Origin: an uncultured delta proteobacterium
Lineage (GTDB): Bacteria; Desulfobacterota; Binatia; UBA9968
Length of the DNA stretch: 64,000 nucleotides
Assembly (NCBI GenBank): GCA_963760795.1
Contig: CAVXEP010000003.1
Span: 64,001 to 128,000 of the forward strand
Reading direction: 5' to 3'
Shown here: positions 63,851 to 64,000 of the stretch, in pieces
How positions within the stretch are numbered: the stretch's first letter is position 1
How the letters are laid out: each line of letters opens with the position of its first letter
Translations under genes and position numbers: made by a program
Notes under the pieces: model-generated
Told to the model about the DNA's origin: nothing
What the model saw: the letters and a program-made list of their open reading frames with translations, nothing else
Databases searched by the model: none

Positions 63851-64000
63851 TTATTTCACCGCTCTAAGATCCGCAGTGAGAGCAGTGAGGATTTCTTCCA
63901 GCGCCAGATCCCAGCTTTTGACCAGCGCTTCCGGCGATCGGCTGCTCACCGGCACGGATTTCACATAGCGTTTCTGCAGGAGAATGCCTGGCTTAGCGGG
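63851..64000 (-). CDS. 3' end of a CDS, possibly an ABC auxiliary (PqiC-like) lipoprotein; truncated by window
   Basis: Open frame ...LLQKRYVKSVPVSSRSPEALVKSWDLALEEILTALTADLRAVK*. Confidence 0.5.
   Translation of the reverse strand, partial: PAKPGILLQKRYVKSVPVSSRSPEALVKSWDLALEEILTALTADLRAVK

Overview
GC-rich (about 60%) bacterial chromosomal segment. The gene set (NitT/TauT ABC parts, amidohydrolase-2, ComD/ComE-like pair, periodic intergenic repeats) suggests an uncultured Deltaproteobacteria-like lineage such as Ca. Binatia; this is inference only. Layout: 1-6.7 kb holds the 3' end of a GH94 cyclic beta-1,2-glucan synthase/phosphorylase, an RMD1-like gene, a decayed fumC, an ABC permease and a MarR regulator. 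7.8-30.8 kb is a ~23 kb signal-transduction island: CheB-CheR fusion, PAS kinase, NarL regulator, orphan kinase and small ORFs, then a KaiC/RAD55-like ATPase plus a 589-aa coiled-coil protein transcribed divergently from a complete chemosensory operon (REC, cheD, P2-less cheA, cheW, 3 MCPs, cheR, cheB, cheY, MshEN-CheX fusion), with back-to-back sigma54-like promoters. 30.8-54.7 kb is mostly housekeeping: nth, eno, ftsB, a lysine-less GcvH-like gene, TPP decarboxylase, LpxL-like, a hybrid iscS-iscA-sufB-nifS-Rrf2 Fe-S operon, a short uvrA, PMM/PGM, pdxA, surA, mfd and MFS transporters. 54.8-64 kb holds a TPR lipoprotein, a frameshifted TIR-TM-Ig-Ig-TPR receptor-like gene, an amidohydrolase, a substrate-binding protein, a flavoprotein and a molybdopterin oxidoreductase. 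Many single-base frameshifts right of 39.7 kb look like long-read consensus errors. I saw no rRNA, tRNA, CRISPR array or transposase.
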